A DNA stretch of 32,000 nucleotides from Wallemia ichthyophaga EXF-994 (Eukaryota; Fungi; Basidiomycota): contig NW_008806302.1 of the NCBI RefSeq assembly GCF_000400465.1, positions 41,419 to 73,418 on the forward strand, read 5' to 3'. Below the pieces are notes generated by a model that saw only the letters and a list, made by a program, of their open reading frames with translations, was not told where the DNA came from and did no database searches. Positions 9,062 to 21,659 of the stretch are shown in pieces (positions within the stretch are counted from its first letter, which is position 1; each line of letters opens with the position of its first letter). The position numbers were made by a program, and so were the translations under genes.

Positions 9062-10844
9062 TTATGATTGCCTCAATGATATCGACGAGCGGCGTGAGTG
9101 CATGGGTGTGTTGAGAGGGCTCATTTGGAGATGCGGGCGGAACTTGCCAGATGTCGCGCTAGGCGTGTGATGCATGGCTGGTGGCAGTGTCGGTAGTGCT
9201 TCTTGAGATTGTTCCATCGACGTGAGCAGGAAGGGCGACGCAGGCCATACCTCCTTCGACTTGATAGCCCTGTCGAGCATACCCTCCAGCTGTTTACGGT
9301 AGGTTTCGTAGCAGACGAGAGTGTATATCTTGAAATGCTGTGAGGTGTTAGAATAGAGTTTACTAACAAACCAGTTTCCTTACCTGAGAATGAATTACAT
9401 TCAACACTTCCACTTTGTTCAGCGCCAGCCAGCACTGCCATAGCTGTATGCGCTCTCTGTCGAGCTGACACGCGCTCTGTATGCGCGACAACCTACGCAG
9501 GTTAATCTGATCCCAAACTTTCTGGTCCTCTTCCGAAGCGTGTGGTGGGTATGATAGGAAAGGATCAGCTACTGATATGTGCGTGTGATGCGAGTAACTT
9601 CTATTGATTAATGAATTGCTAGATGCGAGGCTAACTGAAGAAGGCGGCACATCGCTAGGTCTGACTGGCAAGAATGATGTCTCGTCATTATCGTCAAGGT
9701 TGACAACAGACGGAGGCGACGACCTCATGCTCACGCTCCTACCCATGCTCATGCTGTTGTCGGCATCCAACGAAGCCACATTCGATTGCACCGATTTCGT
9801 CGGTGAGTTTGGTATCTTTAATTGTGATGACGAGCGTGGACGCGTTTTGACAGAGTTGTTCGAACTGAAGACCTGCGAATGATCGGGAACCACAAGTGGA
9901 GCGTTCGCTGGACGCTTTCGCAGGCGTATCCACCTCCGTCGGCGCACATAGCTGAATGGACCACCGTGCTGCGTCCAGCCTGTAGACTTGAACCACGTAT
10001 TGTACTCCCAGCCCGCCTCGTCTCGTTTGCGGCGGCAAGACATATCGACCAGCATGTGTGGGTGTACCCACTCCCAAAGAGGATCCGGAGGCTGGACGGT
10101 GTCGGGAGTATAGGGAGATGAGCCACCTTGTCCGTTTGTGTATGGTGATGGATCTATGGGGAGGAGAGATTTGAAAGAGACTAGGTCGTCGGGTTAGACA
10201 GTCTCACAGCAGCAACCTGACCCACAATATCCGGTTCCGAGAAGAAACAAGCCCCGCTGGTTTTCGTAGAGCACCTCTATTTCAAACACATCCATTTCCC
10301 GCATAAACGGAGCATCAGAGCTAGCCGACTCATCGCGATTGCTCATCGCCAGCGACTCAGAGCGCTGCCTCGTCATCGTAGACGAGCGTGTGCGCTTCAT
10401 GGACATGAAATCGTCATTGATTTGAGTGATCGGCGGGACATTTGGCTCTGCTGAATTGGTGTTGGATCTCAAACGACGGAGGTGACCGAAATGGCTGTTG
10501 CTGGTGCGTATACCGCTTTTGGGCTTATAGAGGGGCTCTACGGGTGGCGGAATCCAGTTTTCGTCGTTGGTGCCATCCACTTCCAATTCCGGGGATGGGG
10601 TCAACTGCGGATCTGGAGACATGTGCAGTGCTTTGAGTTTCCTCGCCTTTTTGAAAGTGTATTTAGAGTTAAGCACGCGCTGGAGATGGCTGAGAGCCTC
10701 GTGCTCCCCCGCATCCGGTACTGAGGTGCGGGAGTTGCGTGAGGTGCGCGATCTCGACGTGCGGCTGGCTCTATCGCTGCGTTGGTTCATCTGGTGTAAA
10801 TCATCTTTGGACAGCGGCGTGGATTGCTGCCTCTTGATTTTCAT
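9062..10844 (-). CDS. DysF (Pex24/dysferlin-type) domain protein, Spo73/Mug65-like
   Basis: Introns 10225-10181 and 9383-9338 join three ORFs. Motifs LYENQRG, KSLLPIDPSPYT, WEWVHP..VDM and DEAGWEY...YVRRRRWIRLR are typical of DysF domains. Confidence 0.8.
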
Positions 10845-11106
10845 AGACGTCGGAGTAGACGTGGATGATCGTGGATGAACAACGTGTTAGAAACGATGAC
10901 GCGGGTCATTTGTAAATGCATTTTGGATGGCTAGCGGGGTTATTAGCCTTGTGCTAGTGGGTTTATTAGCCTTTTGCTCGTTTTCCATTTCTCCAGCCAT
11001 GGCCCGTAATTCATAGCCCATAGTTGATAGCCCATGCCAGCAGCCCATCGTGCAACATGCACTACAGCCACGCACTTATGCTAGTAGACGCTACACCAGC
11101 ACGACG

Positions 11107-11703
11107 ATGTATGATGGCAATCTATCCGCGCTCTCGCTCTCCTCAGAAAGTTCCGGCTGGCGAGAGAAGCTGAATATGCTCAAACAGCGCAGAGAAGCGA
11201 AGCCAGCGCCTGTTTTGCAATTCAGCGCACCCACGCCATCTCCATCGCAGCCCACATCTATGCACACTCCATTGCCGCAGACGCCTCAGACGCCAAGTGA
11301 CACAGCAAAGGACTACGCGCGAATCGACGAGGCCAGTCTGATTGAGGTGAGTGATCGTGTAAGTGAGCTGCTTGCGTCGCTGACAACGCAGCAGTCCTAC
11401 CAGAAGCCAGGACACACCGCTTCAGCCTCCCGCAACAGCCACAGCAGCCGCCATAAGGCAGCTACTTCGAGCACCTTTTCCATGCGCGCGCCGATCACCT
11501 CCAGAGAATGCCTGCAGAGAGCCACATTTCTCAAGGAACGCGCGCACGATTATCTTCAGGAATCCAGAGCTCTCCTTGACCGCGCTAGCGTTATGGCTTA
11601 TCAAGAGGCAGAACATTCTCACGATAAGGCGCGTAGACGTGAAGAGTGGGCACAGAAAGCTCGAAAACATGCTGAGAAGCTTGATAAAATTATAATCAAG
11701 TAG
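11107..11703 (+). CDS. Hypothetical protein (Ser/Pro-rich centre, predicted helical C-terminus)
   Basis: 217-codon ORF; first in-frame ATG at 11107; divergent from the DysF gene. No family recognised. Confidence 0.65.
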   Translation: MYDGNLSALSLSSESSGWREKLNMLKQRREAKPAPVLQFSAPTPSPSQPTSMHTPLPQTPQTPSDTAKDYARIDEASLIEVSDRVSELLASLTTQQSYQKPGHTASASRNSHSSRHKAATSSTFSMRAPITSRECLQRATFLKERAHDYLQESRALLDRASVMAYQEAEHSHDKARRREEWAQKARKHAEKLDKIIIK

Positions 11704-12045
11704 TGCATTGAATTATTTGCTCGCGAAATAAGTGAATAGAGCTGTCAATTCAGCTATAATTGACAATTATCATGTATTTTGTAATTTTCAAGTGTATCTA
11801 AGCACATAAGAAATAATTTATTGGTGTTTTGTTCATCTTCCTTTACATTTCAGCCTGTCTTCTCAGGGACCGCTAAGACGAAGCGATACGAGGAGATAAG
11901 ATGAGGCGATTTGATTCGCTATATAACCACGTAAAGTCTTCAGAACATCTAATACTGCCACATTAGTCAATTTTCAGACCCTAATACCGCAGCGAAGGCA
12001 CATTTCCACTTTACACTGGATTGCGATAGTCCATATCGGCAGCAA

Positions 12046-13801
12046 ATGACAGTTATTAAATCAATATTCAGCGATGCAGATATCCCCAAGATTAGCCTCT
12101 TCGATCACATTTTGCCGCAGGAACAATCTAAGAACAGCAGTGTGGTCTACGTGGATGCACAAACAGGGCGCTGCTTAACAATCTCAGAGCTGCGCAGAGA
12201 CGCCCTCCGCCTGGCTTATGGACTAAGGAAGTACCACAACATCGGCAGAGGAGATAGCGTGCTTATCGTAAACCACAACTCAATTACATATCCAGTACTC
12301 TTCTTCGCCGTGATAGCCACTGGCGCAACGGCATCACTCGCCAATCCAGCCAACAAGCACCTCGAAATGTCCCATCAGATAAAAGATAGCGACATCTCCT
12401 TCGTTTTCGCAAATCCTGACAAAATAGAGCTATGCAGTATCATACTGAGGGAAAGAGGCTGGTCGGAGAATAGGGTGAGCGATAGGGTAGTATCAGCTAC
12501 TGAAAACAGCCCTAGAAGTTTCAAATCATACGCTCAACTCCTTTGCAACGACCTGCAGAAGGGTGTTCCTGAGACATTTGCAGGCGAGGATGCTCACAGT
12601 GTTGCCGTCACATGCTATAGCAGTGGTACGACAGGTGTAGCAAAAGGAGTGATGACGACACATTACAATCTCGTCGCCAACCTCACACAATTAGACTGGT
12701 CACGCGCGTACAGCACACAGAAATCAGATGTTGTCTTGGCTGTCCTCCCTTACTACCACATCTTTGGGCTCACATCCCTTCTACTCAACTTCCTCAAGAG
12801 GGAGAATATGAGTGTAGTCTTGCCCCGCTTCTCCCTTGAAGCTTTCGGTGCTGCTGTCGAGAAATACAGGGTAACGCTCACGGCGGTTGTACCACCGATT
12901 CTCCACTCGATCGCGAAAGAAGATGTGGAAAGGAGGCATGGCATGTCCAGTCTGAAAATTCTCAATGTGGGCGCTGCGCCTGTCAGCCCCAAGCTGATAG
13001 AGCAGATTGGGGAAAAATTCAATAGCAGCGTGCTCGTCTCGAATGGCTATGGTCTCACTGAGACTAGTCCAGTCACGCACAAACTGCCACTAGAATACGC
13101 CAGGTCACATAGCGGCTATATTGGCAGAATGCTCTCAAACACCACCGCGCGTCTCGTGGATGAAAATGGCAAGGATGTACCTGGAGATAACAAGTCGAGT
13201 GGAGAGTGAGTATTTAGACTTTGTATGGTTCCCATTTCACACCCCACCCCAGACTCTGGATTAAAGGGCCGCAAGTCATGAGGGGTTATTTGAATAACCC
13301 CCAAGCTACAGCCCAGTGCATGACTTCAGACGGATATTTCAAGACTGGCGATATAGCAATATACGATGATCAGACGTTCCTCTTCAAGATAGTAGGCAGA
13401 CTGAAGGTTAGTGGGATAGCTACGAAAAAATTCGTAGCTAAAATGTACTCCAGGAAATGATAAAATACAAAGGCATTCAGGTGGCACCGTCATCTCTAGA
13501 AGCGGTGCTTTTATCTCATCCTCAAGTGAATGATGCGGCTGTTATAGGCGTTTACGACGACAGACAGGTGACGGAACTTCCCAGAGCCTATATCGTGCCT
13601 CAGGATGCAGCCAATTTCGACAACCAAGTATTTTGCAATGAAATAGAAGCCTGGGTGGCAGACATAGTTGCAAATTATTCCAAATTGCGCGGAGGCGTGC
13701 ACACAATCGACGTCATCCCTAAAACTCCTTCTGGGAAAATTGTCAGAAGACATTTGCACATGCTTGCCGCTCAGCAGCATATAGGACTGGCTAAGCTCTA
13801 G
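12046..13801 (+). CDS. AMP-binding acyl-CoA synthetase, 4-coumarate-CoA ligase-like, peroxisomal (C-terminal AKL)
   Basis: Motifs YSSGTTGVAKG, GYGLTET, GE|LWIKGPQVMRGY, YFKTGD, GRLK|EMIKYKG and PKTPSGK. Introns 13206-13252 and 13407-13453. Ends in the PTS1-type tripeptide AKL. Confidence 0.95.
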
Positions 13802-14044
13802 ACAAATTACAGATTATGCAATGCAGCGATGGTTGCTTTTATGTCAGTAAAGTTTCTAAACTTCTACGTCTTATCAAGGTCATTACTCGATTTATAGACT
13901 CTTTAGAATTTACTATGTTCAAAATGGCCTACCAATTTCAATACGCAAAAATTATCATTTTTAAATTACAAAGACGAACAAAACATAGAATGTGAAATTG
14001 AATCCTTAACCTAAACTTAATCCTATCACTTGTTCTTTATCCCA

Positions 14045-15133
14045 TTACTTCCTCAAAGCTGAGAGCGACAATCCTTGAGGAGCTCCGATTGCGTTTCCTA
14101 CAGCAGCACTCTTAAGATCGTCTTCAGTGGTATCAGCTGGACAATGAGAGAAGAGGTGCGAATGTGGAAGCTCCCAGAATCGCTTTGTCGGAATAGGGTT
14201 GGAATATTGGCCGTAATCTGACGGCACCTGCGCAGCAGTCGATAAGGTGCGCTGCGTAATAGTCAATGGCACTCTGACGGCTGCCAATCGAAGTGTGTCC
14301 TTCTTGAACATGATGTTAAACTCCAAATAGTGTTTTCTTTGTATTCTACCATGTGAAAATTCCATTGTGGTTGGCTTGATATTGTCGTTGGAAGGTAATT
14401 GCAATATCCAATGACCGGTAATCGCATCTTGCTCTGAATTTGCTCTGATAAGTGTGCTGTCACGACTTCCTTCAAGTAATAGTACTTCCTTATCGACAGG
14501 TGGTGTCGATATTACCTTGTCTTTGTTTTGAATGACTGTGTGTTGTTCAAACTTGACTTTAACACCCTTAATCTCTAATCCTGGCGCTGCAGATGGGAGA
14601 TAAAGGCCGATGTCGATGAAACCTTGGGTCGTAAGGTGTTTTGATTTGAATGACACTTCAAACGATCCGACATCTTCGACAAAGTCCTGGTGGATGTGCT
14701 CGAGTGAAATTTGCTGGCTATCACTTGGACTGCCAACCAGTATAATGAACATGTTGGCAATCAATGGATGCGCGAGAATCTCGTCGAATTCCACCTTGGC
14801 TTCGATATAAGCGGCCACATCACCAGCAGCGAAGCACGGCTGTGATTTGGACACGTGGAAATCAAAATCGTACTTGTGCAGACCTTGATCCAAACTCTCG
14901 TTCTGCTTAAAGGTGACAACCTCGTGCATGAACATCTTCTCATCACGTTTTGCGTACTTGACAATCTCTTCGGCATTCTTCATCTTAATTTTAATAAATT
15001 TCACACTTTGCTTTGTTGGTAGATTGAGCTCCACTTGGCCACTAACCCGAACATTGTCTGTAGATGGGCACAGGGTAATTACGTTGGTATGGTTGTGCAG
15101 TTTGATACTGAGTGTTGGCTTATCTGGTGACAT
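14045..15133 (-). CDS. Arrestin-like beta-sandwich protein (alpha-arrestin-like), intronless
   Basis: 362-aa ORF with beta-strand periodicity (VSGQVELNL..SVKFIKIKM; GLHKYDFDFHV; IQRKHYLEFNI) typical of arrestin N/C domains. Confidence 0.55.
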   Translation of the reverse strand: MSPDKPTLSIKLHNHTNVITLCPSTDNVRVSGQVELNLPTKQSVKFIKIKMKNAEEIVKYAKRDEKMFMHEVVTFKQNESLDQGLHKYDFDFHVSKSQPCFAAGDVAAYIEAKVEFDEILAHPLIANMFIILVGSPSDSQQISLEHIHQDFVEDVGSFEVSFKSKHLTTQGFIDIGLYLPSAAPGLEIKGVKVKFEQHTVIQNKDKVISTPPVDKEVLLLEGSRDSTLIRANSEQDAITGHWILQLPSNDNIKPTTMEFSHGRIQRKHYLEFNIMFKKDTLRLAAVRVPLTITQRTLSTAAQVPSDYGQYSNPIPTKRFWELPHSHLFSHCPADTTEDDLKSAAVGNAIGAPQGLSLSALRK

Positions 15134-15266
15134 TGATGGTGGTGGAAATATAAGAGAAATATCGATTTATCAACTGACGCAACCGAGCGCAATCGCTGGT
15201 TAGGCGAGTATTCAAGAGAGCGTCAGGTGGACAGAAAAGTATTAAGATCGAGGTTTATAAAACAGT

Positions 15267-16260
15267 TCATTTTAATTTTCGTTTACGACCCCCAAATAAT
15301 ACAAAAACCTTGATACTTAATGTTCTTTTAGCCGCCTCGGGTATTAGCAAAGGATTTCTTCGAGATTTGAGGGATAAAGCACTACCATCGAAGCTCAACT
15401 CATTTCTGCTAATCTTGTTGCAAAATTTCCGATCCAGGATGCCGCGGTCAAAAATCTCAGGTTCTATCTCCGTCAAAATGACTCATCCATCTTCTCCGTC
15501 GAGGTCTGGCGTTCTCCAAAACTGAGTGCAACGTGAGTCAAATAGGCTTGTCAAGTAATAATAACAGAATCCGATCTTACCCCTGTTCTCATCCATAATG
15601 TGTACATGTCTGCCGAAATCGCTATGGCAGCTAAAGGTGAACTTGTACGCGTTGCTGTCTGCTTCAACGCTAGCTGAGCCACCCATTAATAATTATCCTT
15701 ACAATCGAGAGTTTTCAATAATTCTTGTCAAGAAATATTTAGATTGCGCTATATTAACCTCCACATCATTCGTAAGACACCATTCCAATGCCGATGAAAT
15801 ATTCATCACAAGGCATTTTTGGCTCTTATAAAGCTTGGTTCGTGAAAGCTCCCGAGAATCAGTGTTGTATGCCTTCAGACCTGCTTCTAGTTGCAAAACG
15901 ACTGTATGTCCCTCGTTGTCCTGAATGCGCGCATCGATAACAAAATGTTGTTTATTGAGAGTAATAGAGGTAGCAATAGATGTGAGATGGAAAAGCGTTG
16001 GCTCGGAGATACGAGAGCAAATTGTTTCTCGGAAGATTCATGACCGTCTGTGACTCTTTGAAGAGCCAATCGCCGTATCGCAGAGCTGCCTGATCGAAGA
16101 GCGTTGACGACCTCTACTTTCTCCACGTACATGCCCTTGAAGGCGGTGTACGTATTGTTCACAAATGCAATCCCAGCATCTGTAAATTGCTTTTTATTAT
16201 TATTATAAGATCTCGCAATCTCCTTCGCGATGTCATCGTTGCTCAGATAAGGATGTGATG
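15267..16260 (-). CDS. Hypothetical multi-exon gene, structure unresolved
   Basis: Several consecutive coding-like minus-strand frames (PYLSNDDIAKEIARS...KQFAL; DNEGHTVVLQLEAG...IIENSR; VEADSNAYKF...DENR) linked by GT-AG candidates. Start and end are uncertain. Confidence 0.4.
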
Positions 16261-16576
16261 CTTAGATAACGTGACGCCGCGTGGGGGGGAAGGCTTTAAT
16301 CTGAAGAATGAGATGTAAATGCCTTTGAGCGTTTCTATAAGTTTTTCAATTACGTCTGTGAGCCTCCACTCCTGTTCCTGGAATCATTAAGATTGAATCA
16401 TTAAATGACGTTATTGACGATAACTTCGGCCTGCAAATGCGTACCGTCTTTCTGCTTATTTTCTACAACCTCAATTACATGCTACTATGCCTCTCGATTT
16501 TCCGGTCATTTTTTTTGTCGATCATGACGGCAGCGCAATTACTTACTCACCTTGCTTTTGCGAAATCAGAATCCAA

Positions 16577-17316
16577 ATGAAATTATTTACTTTATCTTTA
16601 GCGTTACCTTTGCTTTCCGTCGTCGCTGCAGCTCCTTCGCCTTTGGACGGGCGTAGTGATCATCCAATTGGTGAAGCTCTGGAGGACTTTGGACACGACG
16701 TCGGTGATGCGATCGTGAGTAAATAAATCTCAACCTACTCGCACAAGCTAAGATTGAGAGACAGACAGATATCGGTAACACTGTTGTCGCTATCGGTGAC
16801 ACAATCTTCCACGAAGACGATAGCAATGACGACAAGATCTCAAAAACATACAATTGGGCCAACGAAAATATCGGAAATGGCATCGGAACTCTGTTCGCCG
16901 GTTTAGTTGACATGTCCGAAGGTATTGCGCTGAATGATACGAGCGAGGAGAGAGCAGATTCCGTCCGTTCCAAGTACGCAGACGCGAATGAAAATCTCGG
17001 AGAAGGCTTGACCAACTTCCTCAATGCCACACAATTGTTCGCCGAGGATATCAACAATAAAACCCTCGACTTGGATATATTCCCACCACAAGTCAAGCAG
17101 TACATTCAAGATTATAACAACGCTACCGGTAGTGCCGCTGGGGACTTGCTCAACACTTTTGCTCTTAGCGTTGAGCACGAAATTTACGACGAGAACGGCC
17201 CAAGCACTGAAGAGGTTAAATCATCATTCAAGAAGACTGTTTCAGAGCTTGGCGACAGAGCGACTGCAGTTCACAAGATCCTCAAATCAGCTTGGAATGA
17301 TTTCTTCAACCAGTGA
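16577..17316 (+). CDS. Acidic secreted protein (229 aa), unknown function
   Basis: Signal peptide MKLFTLSLALPLLSVVAA-APS; intron 16715-16764 (GTGAGT..GCTAAG..CAG) keeps the frame to the stop at 17316; D/E/N-rich, no Cys. Confidence 0.85.
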
Positions 17317-17526
17317 GCTCAACCCTAAATCATGGCAAGGGATTGCCATTAGTATGTAGAATTTCATGTGTATCCTTTTCAATGTATACAATACCTATAG
17401 ACCAGGTAAGGGGAGTTTCACCTGTTCTGTCCATATCTTCTTTTCGCTGAATTTTTTCAAAGTATATTTATAGGTTAAGTTACTTATATTAATACAAAGG
17501 AGATGTGAAGGAATAATTGAATTTAT

Positions 17527-19684
17527 TCAGCCGTATTGACTTGAATATTGAATGATATCTACCTCATCGATGGATGGATTGGATGCGTGACAACTTTGAT
17601 TGTGTTCTTCCATGTATTTTTCCAGCTCTTCAACTGTAGGTGGATGCGGTGGAGGGTGTGGCGGCTTAAACGCTCTCTTCACACTTTCGGATTCAAAATT
17701 GCATGAGTTTCGGATCTTTTCGAGTGTTATTTGAACGGCTGGAGCGTCACATGGATGATATTCGAGTAGCTGCTCAATTGCTCCTAAGATACCCCTCGCA
17801 ACATATAGCGCCAGTACTAGATCAGAATCGAGTCCAAATAAATCAAGACATCGCAAAGCTTGTACTGATAACACACCTAGAATCATTGGAGCATCACGTA
17901 TACTGCCTCCGATGAACTTTAAGAATAGTCAAGAGATGCTCAGAGATGGATTGTGTTGTAAAACTCACCTGCCTATAGATGTAAGAATGATCTTCAAGCC
18001 ACTTCTTTGCTTGTATTCTGGTGAAGTATCCTCTTTGTCTTATTCTAGAGTCATTCATGCGTTTCAGCTTTGCGGTGAGCACTAGCTTTGTGATGAAGAG
18101 GGCATTTGAAACTTGCCATCGAGGTATACCGTTATGGCAAGTGTGTTTACCCAGCTCCGCCTCAATATTGTCAGCCTCTTGGATTATTTTCAGCGCTCTC
18201 AAATGAAAATCCAGTGGCGGTAGTCGCAATCTCATAGCGCCATGACACAGCAGCTTGCCTCGATCTAGCAATGCATACATAGTGCGCCTTGACCAATCTC
18301 GCTCATATTGATCTGGAAGATTAGCAACGAAGTGCTCGGAAGTCAGAAAAATACCGTAGTTGGAGCTGTCGTTAATGTAAAGAGGGTTGAGTGTTGGCTG
18401 AAACATTTGCTGGTACCAGCTTTGGTTGAGCGCGCCCCATACCACTCTTCTAATCTCCTCAGCTTTCACCATATTCTCATCTGACTCGTCTAATGCGAAC
18501 CTAGCTAAAAACCGAAACCTGATACCTTCCTTCTTTTGCGTTGATTGCTCATTGTAAGTCCACTTCATACATGGGCAGTCCAGCTGCGTTGATATCTCTT
18601 CAATTTGCGAAAACGAGTGCGATTCTGATACTGGGGTTAGCGGTTCCGGTTGTGCTGGCTGATCCAAATCTGCCGTTTTAATCGGTACAGCGTCGTCATC
18701 AAGAACGTAAAGCACTTTGTCAGCATCGAGAGTAGTCAGTCCGAGTGTTCTGATGACTGTATCAGCAATTGTCAAGCTGGCACCCAACCGTTGTACATCA
18801 AAGAGGGGCTTTGGAAGAAACTCATAATACTGCAGACAAACTGCAGCCTGCGCCAAGCCTAGAGATATATTGCTAGTGCTGATAGCTGACATTAGGTGGC
18901 TATGTGACCTCTCAGCGTAATTCAGAGCCTTGAGTTTCGACTCGGTAGCAAAAGTTTGGTCGCATCTACCTTTAAAAACATACGAGATTGCCAGAAGGGC
19001 ATATATAAGCGCTGGCTCAATAGCGCCTCTCTTTCTTGAGTTCATAATTACTTCGAAGAAGCTAGGTAGGTGAAACATTGTTGCGATGAAGTCACCTCTT
19101 TGAAAGACTAGTGACAGGTCGGCAGCAATAACTTTAAGAGTCGTATTTCTATCCAGCCGAGACTCACTCATTTTTTCACCAATCAAGTAATCCCAATACG
19201 TGTTCTGCTGGTAATTTCGATCTGGATGAAGAAGAAGTGGAGGCGAAGTGGAGGTCGCATTGTACGACGTCTGGTATGCAAACTCAGGAAAGTTGCTAGT
19301 GTACAGTATATTCGCATCATTGCTATTTCTTGACTTGAAAAACGGATGCGGTAACGTTGGTTCATTGTCGTCGTGATCGGTTTCTTCGTAATCCGTGTCA
19401 GAATACGTCGTCCCACTAGTACTTGGCCTAGACAAAGCCATCTCTTGGTTCTCGAAGGATGCTGCAGCAGACATTGCTGCTTGTTTGGCAGCTTCAATCC
19501 GCTTAGCGCTAGCTCTTGGCTTGCGATCTTTTCCGCGTCTCTTTATGACGCCTTCAAAGACGCATTCAAGGGCCTTCTTGGTGCATCTATCACACGGGCC
19601 GTCTTGATTAGAGCTGATACACTTGGATTTTGATCTGCGACAGCTCAGGCAAGCGTTGATGCCCCTGCTGGTCTGATTTTGCAT
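17527..19684 (-). CDS. Zn(II)2Cys6 fungal transcription factor
   Basis: N-terminal CLSCRRSKSKC..PCDRCTKKALEC. Introns 17968-17917 and 17903-17865 (13-nt middle exon) restore the frame to the stop at 17527. Confidence 0.92.
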
Positions 19685-20658
19685 CCAAGCTTGAATTTAA
19701 TCGGTATCAAATCGGTCTAACGTGACGGGAGAAGAACAAGATACGAGATAAGAGGTGAAAAAATATCGAGCATCTTATCATTTGGTGGTTTGTACATAAT
19801 GTATTCTCTTCATTGTGGGACAGCAGTGCCAAATCATTGAAGACTGGAAATATTCACACATGACGACGCGAAACTACATCCGATAGCTTCGATATTCCGT
19901 AACACCTCACGAAGCAAACAGTGAATGGGCCTAAGCCTGTCATTTGCGCTCGCTATGCTCTCCTCCCTCGTGTTCAGTCATCGGGTATAAATAATAATCA
20001 ATCAATCAGGTGATAAAGGCCTCATACGCAGTAATTCTTATTTGAAGACAGACGAAGATCCAGTAGCAAGTGCCAGATACTGGACAAAATTAGAGGGGCC
20101 AGTGCTTTCGATGCTATAAGACGGGCAACACACTAGAAAAGCTACTTGATAGAAAGTCAACATCGTTAGAAGAAAGTGTAATGAAAATTGAGACAATTCA
20201 GATACACTTGTTTTTACTTTTTGCGAATTTTTCCAGTTGACATAATAAGTTTAGAAATTTCAATACTTGTAGCTCTAAACCATCATTTGACTGCAGTTTC
20301 TTCAATATTCACTATTTTCATTGTTCTACTATTTCTCAGACAAAGATTGTCTATCTCTAGAGCGTACAGACCTGAAACTACAATAAGTGTAATATCTCCA
20401 TCCGCGTCTGTTTAGATTCCGAACAGAATTTAGATCACCTGTAACTTACACTTGCCTATTTCCAACAAATCCTTGAATATTTTACAATAGAGTTACAAAG
20501 GCATGGCTTCTTGGAGTTATTCCCTTACCATCAATGCAGAGCAATATGATATTACAAATCGTTCAATTTTCCACAGATCTCAAGACTAATTTTGGATTTG
20601 TAATATGATTACGTAGGATCTCGTATATCAGCATGTGCCTCTTTCAGAATCTCCCAAA

Positions 20659-21615
20659 ATGCCACAATCAATCGCGGTTTTCCCAGCAGTCGGCAACCTT
20701 GGCAGCAGCGTTACAAGTCATCTGTCTGCTTTAACAGATCACTCTAATCTGATCCTCGTAGCGAGGAACACTTCCAAGATCGCCGTTGATGATGCGCATC
20801 TTCGCCAGGCAGACTATGAAAATGAGAGAAGCTTGCAAGGCGTTTTCGATGGTGCAGAGACACTCATTCTAGTATCTTATCCTTCTCTGCAAGACGACTT
20901 TAGGTTTGAAGTGCACAAACGCGCTATCAATGCTGCAGTCGGAAGTGGCGTCAAGCACATTTTCTACAGCTCCCTCGCATTTGGCGGGGAGAGCAACAAA
21001 AGCGTTGCGCAGGTCATGCAAGCACATTTGAAGACGGAAGCCTATTTAGCTGAGCTCGCTCAATCTGGCAAAATACTCTATACGGCTATTCGTGAAGGCC
21101 TCTATAATGAGAGCTATCCACTATATCTCTCCGGATACGACATTCAAAACCCAGCAGATGAGGTCAAAATACCTCACGACGGTGGCGGCAAAGGGGTTGC
21201 TTGGGCATCAACCGACAATCTGGGCGAAGCGACTGCCAAACTGGTAGCGAAAGTTGCTGGCGGTGATAAGAGCTGGGCCGAAAGAGTAACCAACAATATG
21301 ATATTGCTCAGTGGACCAAAATCTTATACACTCGCAGACACCCTCGCAATTATCTCGCGTAAAGTAGGCAAAGACATTAAAATAAAACAAGTATCAGTCG
21401 AAGAATTCTCAAGTCAGCCGCATTTGTTAAAAGCCTTGGAATTTTATTCGAGGAACGACGACGATCCAGTCGCAGGCGCTAAGGACTGGACAAAGAGATG
21501 GGCGAATGCATACGATGCTATACAGCGTGGCGAGACTACCGTTACGAGCAATGCCCTTGAAGAGCTACTCGAAAGAAAGCCGATATCGTTTGAAGAAACG
21601 ATAATGAACATTTGA
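20659..21615 (+). CDS. NmrA-like / atypical SDR NAD(P)-binding oxidoreductase, intronless
   Basis: Rossmann start IAVFPAVGNLGSSV, VARN, ADYEN..SL..VFDGAETLILVS, GVKHIFYSS, H..TE.YL, YTAIREGLYNE. First ATG at 20659. Confidence 0.9.
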   Translation: MPQSIAVFPAVGNLGSSVTSHLSALTDHSNLILVARNTSKIAVDDAHLRQADYENERSLQGVFDGAETLILVSYPSLQDDFRFEVHKRAINAAVGSGVKHIFYSSLAFGGESNKSVAQVMQAHLKTEAYLAELAQSGKILYTAIREGLYNESYPLYLSGYDIQNPADEVKIPHDGGGKGVAWASTDNLGEATAKLVAKVAGGDKSWAERVTNNMILLSGPKSYTLADTLAIISRKVGKDIKIKQVSVEEFSSQPHLLKALEFYSRNDDDPVAGAKDWTKRWANAYDAIQRGETTVTSNALEELLERKPISFEETIMNI

Positions 21616-21659
21616 AATGTATTGCATAGGTTTTCTAACCCGTATATACATAGAAAAAT

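Noticed and set aside
9121-13780. Many 60-116-aa ORFs antisense or overlapping the DysF and 4CL-like genes
   Set aside because: These are shadow ORFs of well-supported coding sequence.
15483-15485. In-frame TGA between two collinear ORFs as possible readthrough
   Set aside because: A GTAAGA..CTCAG intron upstream shifts the frame and offers an ordinary ending, so readthrough is not required.
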